From positions 17,546,001 through 17,610,000 of the forward strand of contig CM120645.1 of the NCBI GenBank assembly GCA_051362555.1: a DNA stretch of 64,000 nucleotides. The letters run 5' to 3'. Positions within the stretch are counted from its first letter, which is position 1, and the number at the start of each line of letters is the position of its first letter. The notes under the pieces were generated by a model. It did not search any database. It saw only the letters and a list, made by a program, of their open reading frames with translations, and was not told the DNA's origin. Made by a program: the position numbers and the translations under genes. The stretch comes from Lingula anatina. Taxonomy: Eukaryota > Animalia > Brachiopoda. Shown one piece after another: positions 12,372 through 25,700 of the stretch.

Positions 12372-14496
12372 GGGGACTAATAGTAAAAGGACCAAAGTCA
12401 TAGAAACAAAGCCCTGGGCTTATAAGTTTTTATAAAAAATTAAAACAAACTTCCCAAAAGGCCAATTAAAGACGGGGATTAAGTACAGTGTCCAAAGGAT
12501 GACGCTATAGCGCCAATTTTAGGGGAAAAATGCCGTTTTCGGAATTGGGATTTTCTCTATAACCAAGACAGCTATTCAAGTGATTCAAAAGGCCTCATAA
12601 AGCTGGATGAAAGCACTTCAGCGCGGTACCAGGGAATTGTCTTAAACTATTTACTTTTGATTTTATCATCTTTTACGTTAAATTACCCCATATTTCAATG
12701 GGTTATTCACTTCAAAAGACGATAACTTTCAAACTAACAATTTCCTCTTAAACCCCTGACATCATGCTGTAGTCCACATTCCCAACAACAATAGGTGCAA
12801 CTTTTGTAACGATCGGTTGCTCAGATAGTGAGATATACTTGACAGCGATTCACTTATCTCGTCAATATAGAAAGCTGTTAAAACAGCCAAAAACGTTCAC
12901 AGGTTGGTCAACAGAGCTTATTAGTCAAATGCTTAGCTGGCAAATTTACCTGTTATCGGTTATACGATCAGGTGGAACCATTGCTCATTGTCATCTAAAA
13001 ATATTTTGTTTGGGTGCTTTGAAAGGGCAGAAAATCGTGCTTTTGTTACATTTTCCGACCACTCGTTAGGCCTGTAAGCGTGCCGCCATTTTGATTGACA
13101 GCTCTGGAGACGGCCCTAGCCTAGTGATGCCCAGTAGGGTGTCAAGGATATGTAGTAGGAAGTGCTAACAAAGGCGATTACGTTTAACCACAATTAAGAG
13201 GTGTGAAGTTGCATTTGAACGTTTTAATGGCTTTTCCTCGGCAATCGAGTAATTTTACCTGAGAGATTCCTTTTCTGTTATCGGCAAAGTGATCAGATAA
13301 AACTGTCGAGAGCAAGTGGCCGTCACTTGTGTTAATACGAGTTTTTTGACGGGTAACGCTGCAGGATTATTTTGCACGGCACTTGGTAATCGTCAGATCA
13401 ACGGAAAAATCCAGTGATTACTTCAGAGCGGTATCTCTCAAAATGCCAGCTAAGATAAAGGGGAGACACTCAGCTGCACAAGATTCAGCGGTAAAAGTGG
13501 CTGAGAGAAGGCTTTTGAATAAATATTTTATTTTTACACACGACACTTAGATCATATTTGCGTTTTACCTGCTAGTCTTGACTATTCTCGGGGTCTTTTT
13601 GTGATTTTCATTTTTGGATACATTTTGAACTCTTTCTTCACGCTTGATCAGTGATTTTGAAATTGTTTTTCTACAAACATCGCAAAATGCAAAGCCGCTA
13701 ACATGCGTTTTTATTTTTATTGTTTTAATCATGCTGTCAACCCTTGCTTGGATTTCTCTCGTTTGGCCATTCACATCACAGTTTTTCGCGTGTCTCTCAA
13801 GCTCCATGATATCATATCATGGAGAATAAAATTTTATTTTGTCAATATTAGATTTACCTTTTGCAAACGGCGACCAAAAATCATTTCCGGTTTCGTAACG
13901 TGTCGCAGATGCGCTCGCCGATATACATCGCAAAAATTAAGAGCTAGGCTAAAAGTATCCTTTTTAGCGTTTTTTTTATTAATCGATTTTTCTTTCATTT
14001 GTCAATTAATTTAGCCGATTCGATTAACTCTTTCACCCATTTATTAGGTATACAGAAATCAGTCATCCGACTGAACAAATAGGGCCGGTTTCCCCAACCG
14101 CCACGCATAGGTCCTACTCTCTTTCAAAATTTTCTTTCTTTCCTCTGGAAATGGACTTTTAACACGAACTTTTCTCTTCCCCATAGTGTACTAGCTAGAC
14201 TTCTTCGCTGCTAAGCTGATGTAAGACTTATGACCTATTACCGCACACGTAATCGGCTTATAACTCATTAACTGTGCTCCAACCCCCTCATGGCAACGGC
14301 CCTTAGTAACAGAGGCGTGGCTTAGTTGTCAGCCTGACTGGGGCGCGTGCCGGTTGAAAAACTCATCAAAAGACACATTTTGCGATGCAATTTAATAAAA
14401 ATTATTACATCCAACGTTAGATACTTTTTTGATTAATATAAACACACAAAAAACTCAAAAACATGATTTTAAGCGTAGTTAACCCTATCACCGGCC
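12372..14496. mobile_element. Non-autonomous TTAA-target DNA transposon, Kolobok-like (2125 bp), copy 1
   Basis: Empty site gataaacTTAAcctaaac; filled site gataaacTTAA-ggggactaatag...ctatcaccggcc-TTAAcctaaac (TSD 12368-12371 and 14497-14500). Termini GG...CC fit Kolobok RR...YY rather than piggyBac CC...GG. Very imperfect short TIR; no transposase ORF. Confidence 0.8.
13082..13101 (+). promoter_or_regulatory. Overlapping YY1-like (GCCGCCATTTTG) and PBX-MEIS/PREP-like (TGATTGACAG) motifs inside the Kolobok-like element
   Basis: Sequence gccgccattttgattgacag matches both consensus motifs and is present in all three copies. Function is untested. Confidence 0.4.
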
Positions 14497-17400
14497 TTAA
14501 CCTAAACAGTTGACTATGTCTAATAAAAAGGACATTTTCAGAACATATTAATTTGAGAAATACTGAAAATGACATTGAAAAGACTGCCAAATTCCATGGC
14601 TTAAAATAGTTAAACGTTAATAATTTTCACAAATCTTGTCTTATATTTGTGAAATTTGGATAGATGATGCATAACAACAATAAAAATCTGTGATAAGCTC
14701 ATCAAATGACTGTGTCTCATAAAAAATATTTTTTTGGACAATAAAATTGAGAAAACAGAAAATGACATTGAAAAGACTGCAAAATGCGGTGCCTTAAAAT
14801 AGTTAAACGTTAATAATTTTCACAAATCTTGTTCAAGATTTGTGAAATTTGGACAGATGATGCATAACAATAATAAAAATCTGTAATAAGCTCATCAGTT
14901 GACTATGTCTCATGAAAAACATTTTTCAGAGCATATAAATGTGAGAAAACTGAAAATGACATTGAAAAGACTGCCAAATTCCATGGCTTAAAATAGTTAA
15001 ACGTTAATAATTTTCACAAATCTTGTCTAATTTTTGTGAAATTTGGACAAATGATGTATAACAACAATACAAATCTGTGATAAGCTCATCAGTTGACTGT
15101 GTCTCATTTAAAAGTTTTTTTTGGACAATAAATTTGAGAAAATTGAAAATGACACTGAGAAGACTGCAAAATGCGGTGCCTTAAAATAGTTAAACGTTAA
15201 TAATTTTCAAAAAACTTTTTCAATATTTGTGAAAGTTGGAGAGATGATGCTTAACAATAACAAAAATCTGTGATAAGCTTAACAGTTGACAGTGTGTGAT
15301 AGAATTGTAGTTGATTGACATTTTGTATGCGAAGAGTGAGAATTATCTACAATATTTTTTTTTCAATTTCACAACATCTAATTAGACTCACATTAAACAT
15401 CAAATATTATGATTTGAGTTTGTTTGTGTAAGAGGTGACAAATTACCCATAATTGTCCTCTGGAAAAGAATATATACCCATTTAAGACATCTCCTTACTA
15501 CCAATACCAGATGCAGATTCCTCCTTACAATCGGTTTCTGGAATAGGGTTTAGCACACCATTTGACAATGTCCTAAAGCTTGCCATATACCATCTATTGT
15601 ACACATGGATGAGACATAGCATTGCTCTTGCTGTTGTCTTTTGCTGTCTGTTTTTTCTATAGGAATTAGCCCTGATCAGACAGGAAGAATCAGTTCACCA
15701 AAAAAGCCATCACGCTGTATGGAAAAGGTCACCTGGAAAAAGAACAATATGTTTGATAAAAGTGAAAATTAAATTCTAAAAATTGACAAATTTCCCACAC
15801 TTAAATATTTGAACAATAATTTTGATTAACTTAACCTAAACAGTTGACTATGTCTAATAAAAAGGACATTTTCAGAACATATTAATTTGAGAAATACTGA
15901 AAATGACATTGAAAAGACTGCCAAATTCCATGGCTTGAAATAGTTAAACGTTAATAATTTTCACAAATCTTGTCCAATATTTGTGAAATTTGGACAGATG
16001 ATACATAACAATAATAAAAATCTGTGATAAGCTCATCAGTTGACTGCGTCTCATGAAAAACATTTTTTAAAGCATATAAATGTGAGAAAACTGAAAATGA
16101 CATTGAAAAGACTGCCAAATTCCATGGCTTGAAATAGTTAAACGTTAATAATTTTCACAAATCTTGTCTAATATTTGTGAAATTTGGACAGATGATGCAT
16201 AACAACAATAAAAATCTGTGATAAGCTCATCAGTTGACTGTGTCTCATGAAAAAGATTTTTTTGGACAATTAATTTGAGAAAACTGAAAATAACACTGAA
16301 ACGACTGCCAAATTCCATGGCTGAAAATAGTTAAACGTTAATAATTTTCACAAATCTTGTCTAATATTTGTGAAATTTGGATAGATGATGCATAACAATA
16401 ATAAAAATCTGTGATAAGCTCATCAGTTGACTGCGTCTCATGAAAAACATTTTTTAAAGCATATAAATGTGAGAAAACTGAAAATGACATTGAAAAGCCT
16501 GCAAAATTCCATGGCTTAAAATAGTTAAACGTTAATAATTTTCACAAATCTTGTCTAATATTTGTGAAATTTGGATAGATGATGCATAACAACAATAAAA
16601 ATCTGTGAAAAGCTCATCAGTTGACTGTGTCTCATGAAAAAGATTTTTTTTTGGACAATTATTTTGAGAAAACTGAAAATAACACTGAAACGACTGCCAA
16701 ATTCCATGGCTTAAAATAGTTAAACGTTAATAATTTTCACAAATCTTGTCTTATATTTGTAAAATTTGGATAGATGATGCATAACAACAATAAAAATCTG
16801 TGATAAGCTCATCAAATGACTGTGTCTCATAAAAAATATTTTTTTGGACAATAAAATTGAGAAAACAGAAAATGACATTGAAAAGACTGCAAAATGCGGT
16901 GCCTTAAAATAGTTAAACGTTAATAATTTTCACAAATCTTGTTCAAGATTTGTGAAATTTGGACAGATGATGCATAACAATAATAAAAATCTGTAATAAG
17001 CTCATCAGTTGACTATGTCTCATGAAAAACATTTTTCAGAGCATATAAATGTGAGAAAACTGAAAATGACATTGAAAAGACTGCCAAATTCCATGGCTTA
17101 AAATAGTTAAACGTTAATAATTTTCACAAATCTTGTCTAATTTTTGTGAAATTTGGACAAATCATGTATAACAACAATACAAATCTGTGATAAGCTCATC
17201 AGTTGACTGTGTCTCATTTAAAAGATTTTTTTGGACAATAAATTTGAGAAAATTGAAAATGACACTGAGAAGACTGCAAAATGCGGTGCCTTAAAATAGT
17301 TAAACGTTAATAATTTTCAAAAAACTTTTTCAATATTTGTGAAAGTTGGAGAGATGATGCTTAACAATAACAAAAATCTGTGATAAGCTTAACAGTTGAC

Positions 17401-17887
17401 AGTGTGTGATAGAATTGTAGTTGATTGACATTTTGTATGTGAAGAGTGAGAATTATCTACAATATTTTTTTTTCAATTTCACAACATCTAATTAGACTCA
17501 CATTAAACATCAAATATTATGATTTGAGTTTGTTTGTGTAAGAGGTGACAAATTACCCACAACTGTCCTCTGGAAAAGAATATATACCCACTTAAGACAT
17601 CTCCTTACTACCAATACCAGATGCAGATTCCTCCTTACAATCGGTTTCTGGAATAGGGTTTAGCACACCATTTGACAATGTCCTAAAGCTTGCCATATAC
17701 CATCTATTGTACACATGGATGAGACATAGCATTGCTCTTGCTGTTGTCTTTTGCTGTCTGTTTTTTCTATAGGAATTAGCCCTGACCAGACAGGAAGAAT
17801 CAGTTCACCAAAAAAGCCATCACGCTGTATGGAAAAGGTCAGCTGGAAAAAGAACAATATGTTTGATAAAAGTGAAAATTAAATTCT

Positions 17888-20579
17888 AACAAGGCAGCAA
17901 AGCTGTCAAATGTACAGACAAAAAGCAGGAAATAACAAAATAGGCTACTGTTAATTCTGATGCAAAAGTACATTATGTTTAACTGCAAATTCAACATGAA
18001 ATTCTAATTATGCTCAACAGGTAATACCAATGTAAGTAAAATGTGTAACAAACATAAGGCTTCAGGCCCATGGCAGTTCAAGTTCACCCTTTCAAAATGT
18101 TAAACTTCCAGAAAAAGTAGTCAATTACACTGCTTTTCCAACTCAGGCTGCATTTTAGTCCTGTATTTCTTTTTTGAAAGTTTGGCAATCATAAGTAACA
18201 TGGTTTTCCCATAATGGTCATCATGGCAGCAGCACCCAAAATTGTGTTTTCTTCAATTCTGATGCAATATTACATAATGGTTACCAGCATAATGACAATC
18301 AATTTTTAATAATAAAATATACGTATCATGGATTTTCAGAAAATGTGACAAGCACGGGTCTTCAAGCCTGTGGAACTTCAAAGTCACACCTTAAAAAAGC
18401 CTATATGTGAAAAATTAAAATTCCACACAAAAACTGTTTAACTGGCAGATTGCATTGCCTACTGAAGCTATATTTTAGTCCCATGTTTCTTTCCTGTAAG
18501 TTTGAGAACAGTAAGTGACATGGTTTTTCTTAATTTTTTTTTTTTTTTGTTTTTTTTTCAAATTTTGATGCAATATTACATAATGTTTAACAGCATAATG
18601 ACCATCAATTTTTGATAATAAAATATTAGTTTCATGGATATTCAGAAAATGTGACTAGCAAAGGTCTTCAGGCCCATGGAACTTCAAAGTCACAACTTGA
18701 AAATGCCAAAATGTAAACAAGACAGCACTGTTCTGAAATGTTTTTTTTCCCATTTTTAATAATTTTTAACATAAAACAAAATTAACAGTTTACTGCCGTT
18801 TTTATATGATCAACTAAGAAAATTGATGAGATGGGGAAAAATATCAATAGAGCAGTGTTAAATGTCCAATTTCCTCCATTCTGAGATTCTGAACATAGTG
18901 AATGATTGAATCTGACAAACTGCAATGATATGAGTTTATTTCCATTTTTGAAACTTTATTACACAATACACAATAACAAGTTTACCATCATTTTTACATA
19001 ATCAACTAATAATATTGTAAAGATGCAGGAAATGTCAACCAAACACTTTTACGTATCTTATTAATTAAATAATGAGACTGTTAACATGCCTAAGAATTGA
19101 ATCTGAGGAAATGTGAAAAAACAGCATTTCTTCAAAATAATGGCCCCGATTATGCTGATTTTTGAACTCAACCTGCGTTTTAGCAGGAATGACCACTCTT
19201 GTGAGTTTAAAGACAATTGGCCTATCTGTTTTTCTTATTTTGTGTTTACAGTGTTGCATATATGCTGAAAAGTGAAAAAAAAGCATAACTACTTAAATAG
19301 TGGCCTGATCATGCCGATTTTCGAACTTGACCTGCGTTATAGTAAGATCAATTACTCCTGTGAATTTCATAACATCAGGCCTATCGGTTTTCCTTGAAAT
19401 GTGTTTACAGTGTTGCATATATGCTGAAAAGTGAAAAAACAGCATAACTTCTACAATAATGGCCCCATCATGCTGATTTTCGAACTTGACCTGCGTTTTA
19501 TGAATATTCATCAGCTCTGTAAATATACAGCCAAAAAGTAAAACTGCCTTCCACTTATCGTGTTTACAATGAAAGTGCACGGCGCCGGAGACAGCGACAG
19601 TGACGGCAATGCCGGCGACGACAGATGCAGGTGATGGCAATATGTACACACACATCTGTGCATATTTACTGTACTGTTTGAGAACAGTAAGTGACATGGT
19701 TTTTCTTAAATGGTCATCATGGGAGCAGTGCCCAAAATAGGTTTTTCTCAAATTTTGATGCAATATTACATAATGTTTAACAGCATAATGACCATCAATT
19801 TTTAAGAATAAAATATTAGTATCATGGATATTCAGAAAATGTGACTAGCAAAGGTCTTCAGGCCCATGGAACTTCAAAGTCACAACTTGAAAATGCCAAA
19901 ATGTAAACAAGACAGCACTGTTCTGAAATGTTTTTTTCCCATTTTTAATAATTTTTAACATAAAACAAAATTAACAGTTTACTGCCGTTTTTATATGATC
20001 AACTAAGAAAATGGATGAGATGGGAAAAATATCAATAGAGCAGTGTTAAATGTCCAATTTCTTCCATTCTGAGATTCTGAACATAGTGAATGATTGAATC
20101 TGACAAACTGCAATGATATGAGTTTATTTCCATTTTTGAAACTTTATTACACAATACATGATAACAAATTAACCATCATTTTTACAAAATCAACTAACAA
20201 TGTTGTAAAGATGCAGGAAATGTCAAACAAAAACTTTTACGTATCTTATTAATTTAATAATGAGACTGTTAACATGCCTAAGAATTGAATCTGAGGAAAT
20301 GTGAAAAATATGCTGAAAAGTGAAAAAACAGCATTACTTCTACAATAATGGCCCGATCATGCTGATTTTCGAACTTGACCTGCATTTTATGAATATTCAT
20401 CAGCTCTGTAAATATAAAACCAAAAAGTAAAACTGCCCTCCACTTATCGTGTTTACAAGGAAAGTGCACGGCGCCGGCATCGGCATCGGCATCGCCATCG
20501 CCATCGCCATCGCCATCGCCATCGGCGACGACAGACGCAGGTGATGGCAATATGTACAGACACATCTGTGTCTGTACAT
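17888..20579 (-). mobile_element. Non-autonomous Helentron/HINE element, composite, copy 2 (2692 bp)
   Basis: Empty site 'aaattct|aaaaattgac'. Same termini as copy 1 (aacaaggcagcaaagctgtcaaatgtacagaca ... atgtacagacacatctgtgtctgtacat). Different insertion site and many substitutions and indels relative to copy 1. Confidence 0.85.
20470..20535. repeat. (GGCATC)n(GCCATC)n hexanucleotide microsatellite in HINE copy 2
   Basis: ggcatcggcatcggcatcgccatcgccatcgccatcgccatcgccatcggcgacgac; explains the GDGDGD and MAMAMA ORFs. Confidence 0.9.
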
Positions 20580-20636
20580 AAAAATTGACAAATTTCCCAC
20601 ACTTAAATATTTGAACAATAATTTTGATAAACTTAA

Positions 20637-22761
20637 GGGGACTAATAGTAAAAGGACCAAAGTCATAGAAACAAAGCCCTGGGCTTATAAGTTTTTATAA
20701 AAAATTAAAACAAACTTCCCAAAAGGCCAATTAAAGACGGGGATTAAGTACAGTGTCCAAAGGATGACGCTATAGCGCCAATTTTAGGGGAAAAATGCCG
20801 TTTTCGGAATTGGGATTTTCTCTATAACCAAGACAGCTATTCAAGTGATTCAAAAGGCCTCATAAAGCTGGATGAAAGCACTTCAGCGCGGTACCAGGGA
20901 ATTGTCTTAAACTATTTACTTTTGATTTTATCATCTTTTACGTTAAATTACCCCATATTTCAATGGGTTATTCACTTCAAAAGACGATAACTTTCAAACT
21001 AACAATTTCCTCTTAAACCCCTGACATCATGCTGTAGTCCACATTCCCAACAACAATAGGTGCAACTTTTGTAACGATCGGTTGCTCAGATAGTGAGATA
21101 TACTTGACAGCGATTCACTTATCTCGTCAATATAGAAAGCTGTTAAAACAGCCAAAAACGTTCACAGGTTGGTCAACAGAGCTTATTAGTCAAATGCTTA
21201 GCTGGCAAATTTACCTGTTATCGGTTATACGATCAGGTGGAACCATTGCTCATTGTCATCTAAAAATATTTTGTTTGGGTGCTTTGAAAGGGCAGAAAAT
21301 CGTGCTTTTGTTACATTTTCCGACCACTCGTTAGGCCTGTAAGCGTGCCGCCATTTTGATTGACAGCTCTGGAGACGGCCCTAGCCTAGTGATGCCCAGT
21401 AGGGTGTCAAGGATATGTAGTAGGAAGTGCTAACAAAGGCGATTACGTTTAACCACAATTAAGAGGTGTGAAGTTGCATTTGAACGTTTTAATGGCTTTT
21501 CCTCGGCAATCGAGTAATTTTACCTGAGAGATTCCTTTTCTGTTATCGGCAAAGTGATCAGATAAAACTGTCGAGAGCAAGTGGCCGTCACTTGTGTTAA
21601 TACGAGTTTTTTGACGGGTAACGCTGCAGGATTATTTTGCACGGCACTTGGTAATCGTCAGATCAACGGAAAAATCCAGTGATTACTTCAGAGCGGTATC
21701 TCTCAAAATGCCAGCTAAGATAAAGGGGAGACACTCAGCTGCACAAGATTCAGCGGTAAAAGTGGCTGAGAGAAGGCTTTTGAATAAATATTTTATTTTT
21801 ACACACGACACTTAGATCATATTTGCGTTTTACCTGCTAGTCTTGACTATTCTCGGGGTCTTTTTGTGATTTTCATTTTTGGATACATTTTGAACTCTTT
21901 CTTCACGCTTGATCAGTGATTTTGAAATTGTTTTTCTACAAACATCGCAAAATGCAAAGCCGCTAACATGCGTTTTTATTTTTATTGTTTTAATCATGCT
22001 GTCAACCCTTGCTTGGATTTCTCTCGTTTGGCCATTCACATCACAGTTTTTCGCGTGTCTCTCAAGCTCCATGATATCATATCATGGAGAATAAAATTTT
22101 ATTTTGTCAATATTAGATTTACCTTTTGCAAACGGCGACCAACAATCATTTCCGGTTTCGTAACGTGTCGCAGATGCGCTCGCCGATATACATCGCAAAA
22201 ATTAAGAGCTAGGCTAAAAGTATCCTTTTTAGCGTTTTTTTTATTAATCGATTTTTCTTTCATTTGTCAATTAATTTAGCCGATTCGATTAACTCTTTCA
22301 CCCATTTATTAGGTATACAGAAATCAGTCATCCGACTGAACAAATAGGGCCGGTTTCCCCAACCGCCACGCATAGGTCCTACTCTCTTTCAAAATTTTCT
22401 TTCTTTCCTCTGGAAATGGACTTTTAACACGAACTTTTCTCTTCCCCATAGTGTACTAGCTAGACTTCTTCGCTGCTAAGCTGATGTAAGACTTATGACC
22501 TATTACCGCACACGTAATCGGCTTATAACTCATTAACTGTGCTCCAACCCCCTCATGGCAACGGCCCTTAGTAACAGAGGCGTGGCTTAGTTGTCAGCCT
22601 GACTGGGGCGCGTGCCGGTTGAAAAACTCATCAAAAGACACATTTTGCGATGCAATTTAATAAAAATTATTACATCCAACGTTAGATACTTTTTTGATTA
22701 ATATAAACACACAAAAAACTCAAAAACATGATTTTAAGCGTAGTTAACCCTATCACCGGCC
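20637..22761. mobile_element. Kolobok-like TTAA element, copy 2 (2125 bp)
   Basis: TTAA at 20633-20636 and 22762-22765; near-identical to copy 1 (offset 8265). Confidence 0.8.
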
Positions 22762-25700
22762 TTAACCTAAACAGTTGACTATGTCTAATAAAAAGGACAT
22801 TTTCAGAACATATTAATTTGAGAAATACTGAAAATGACATTGAAAAGACTGCCAAATTCCATGGCTTGAAATAGTTAAACGTTAATAATTTTCACAAATC
22901 TTGTCTAATATTTGTGAAATTTGGACAGATGATGCATAACAACAATAAAAATCTGTGATAAGCTCATCAGTTGACTGTGTCTCATGAAAAAGATTTTTTT
23001 TGGACAATTAATTTGAGAAAACTGAAAATAACACTGAAACGACTGCCAAATTCAATGGCTTAAAATAGTTAAACGTTAATAATTTTCACAAATCTTGTCT
23101 AATATTTGTGAAATTTTGATAGATGATGCATAACAATAATAAAAATCTGTGATAAGCTCATCAGTTGACTGCGTCTCATGAAAAACATTTTATAAAGCAT
23201 ATAAATGTGAGAAAACCGAAAATGACATTGAAAAGACTGCAAAATTCCATGGCTTAAAATAGTTAAACGTTAATAATTTTCACAAATCTTGTCTAATTTT
23301 TGTGAAATTTGGACAGATGATGCATAACAACAATAAAAATCAGTGATAAGCTCATCAGTTGACTGTGTCTCATGAAAAAGATTTTTTTTGGACAATTAAT
23401 TTGAGAAAACTGAAAATAACACTGAAACGACTGCCAAATTCCATGGCTTAAAATAGTTAAACGTTAATAATTTTCACAAATCTTGTCTTATATTTGTGAA
23501 ATTTGGATAGATGATGCATAACAACAATAAAAATCTGTGATAAGCTCATCAAATGACTGTGTCTCATAAAAAATATTTTTTTGGACAATAAAATTGAGAA
23601 AACAGAAAATGACATTGAAAAGACTGCAAAATGCGGTGCCTTAAAATAGTTAAACGTTAATAATTTTCACAAATCTTGTTCAAGATTTGTGAAATTTGGA
23701 CAGATGATGCATAACAATAATAAAAATCTGTAATAAGCTCATCAGTTGACTATGTCTCATGAAAAACATTTTTCAGAGCATATAAATGTGAGAAAACTGA
23801 AAATGACATTGAAAAGACTGCCAAATTCCATGGCTTAAAATAGTTAAACGTTAATAATTTTCACAAAACTTGTCTAATTTTTGTGAAATTTGGACAAATG
23901 ATATATAACAACAATACAAATCTGTGATAAGCTCATCAGTTGACTGTCTCATTTAAAAGATTTTTTTGGACAATAAATTTGAGAAAATTGAAAATGACAC
24001 TGAGAAGACTGCAAAATGCGGTGCCTTAAAATAGTTAAACGTTAATAATTTTCACAAAACTTTTTCAATATTTGTGAAAGTTGGAGAGATGATGCTTAAC
24101 AATAACAAAAATCTGTGATAAGCTTAACAGTTGACAGTGTGTGATAGAATTGTAGTTGATTGACATTTTGTATGCGAAGAGTGAGAATTATCTACAATAT
24201 TTTTTTTTCAATTTCACAACATCTAATTAGACTCACATTAAACATCAAATATTATGATTTGAGTTTGTTTGTGTAAGAGGTGACAAATTACCCACAATTG
24301 TCCTCTGGAAAAGAATATATACCCATTTAAGACATCTCCTTACTACCAATTCCAGATGCAGATTCCTCCTTACAATCGGTTTCTGGAATAGGGTTTAGCA
24401 CACCATTTGACAATGTCCTAAAGCTTCCCATATACCATCTATTGTACACATGGATGAGACATAGCATTGCTCTTGCTGTTGTCTTTTGCTGTCTGTTTTT
24501 TCTATAGGAATTAGCCCTGACCAGACAGGAAGAATCAGTTCACCAAAAAAGCCATCACGCTGTATGGAAAAGGTCACCTGGAAAAAGAACAATATGTTTG
24601 ATAAAAGTGAAAATTAAATTCTAAAAATTGACAACTTTCCCACACTAAAATATTTGAACAATAATTTTGATAAACTTAACCTAAACAGTTGACTATGTCT
24701 AATAAAAAAGACATTTTCAGAACATATTAATTTGAGAAATACTGAAAATGACATTGAAAAGACTGCCAAATTCCATGGCTTGAAATAGTTAAACGTTAAT
24801 AATTTTCACAAATCTTGTCCAATATTTGTGAAATTTGGACAGATGATGGATAACAATAATAAAAATCTGTGATAAGCTCATCAGTTGACTGCGTCTCATG
24901 AAAAACATTTTTATTTTAAAGCATATAAATGTGAGAAAACTGAAAATGACATTGAAAAGACTGCAAAATTCCATGGCTTAAAATAGTTAAACGTTAATAA
25001 TTTTCACAAATCTTGTCTAATATTTGTGAAATTTGGACAGATGATGCATAACAACAATAAAAATCTGTGATAAGCTCATCAGTTGACTGCGTCTCATGAA
25101 AAACATTTTTCAGAGCATATAAATGTGAGAAAACTGAAAATGACATTGAAAAGACTGCCAAATTCCATGGCTTAAAATAGTTAAACGTTAATAATTTTCA
25201 CAAATCTTGTCTAATTTTTGTGAAATTTGGATAGATGATGCATAACAACAATTAAAATCTGTGATAAGCTCATCAAATGACTGTGTCTCATAAAAAATAT
25301 TTTTTTGGACAATAAAATTGAGAAAACAGAAAATGACATTTAAAAGACTGCAAAATGCGGTGCCTTAAAATAGTTAAACGTTAATAATTTTCACAAATCT
25401 TGTCTTATATTTGTGAAATTTGGATAGATGATGCATAACAACAATAAAAATCTGTGATAAGCTCATCAAATGACTGTGTCTCATAAAAAAATATTTTTTT
25501 GGACAATAAAATTGAGAAAACAGAAAATGACATTGAAAAGACTGCAAAATGCGGTGCCTTAAAATAGTTAAACGTTAATAATTTTCACAAATCTTGTTCA
25601 AGATTTGTGAAATTTGGACAGATGATGCATAACAATAATAAAAATCTGTAATAAGCTCATCAGTTGACTATGTCTCATGAAAAACATTTTTCAGAGCATA

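Noticed and set aside
12839-14014. Plus-strand 61-103-aa ORFs in the Kolobok-like element as transposase fragments
   Set aside because: No THAP or DDE-like motifs; composition reflects T-rich sequence, and identity between copies is due to recent duplication.
12372-14496. piggyBac assignment for the TTAA element
   Set aside because: piggyBac ends are typically CC(C)...(G)GG with clear TIRs; these ends are GG...CC with barely any TIR.
19293-20666. 156-aa and 88-95-aa ORFs in the HINE element (GDGDGD / MAMAMA)
   Set aside because: They read through the microsatellite and 158-bp repeats, are not conserved in frame between modules, and have no HUH or helicase motifs.
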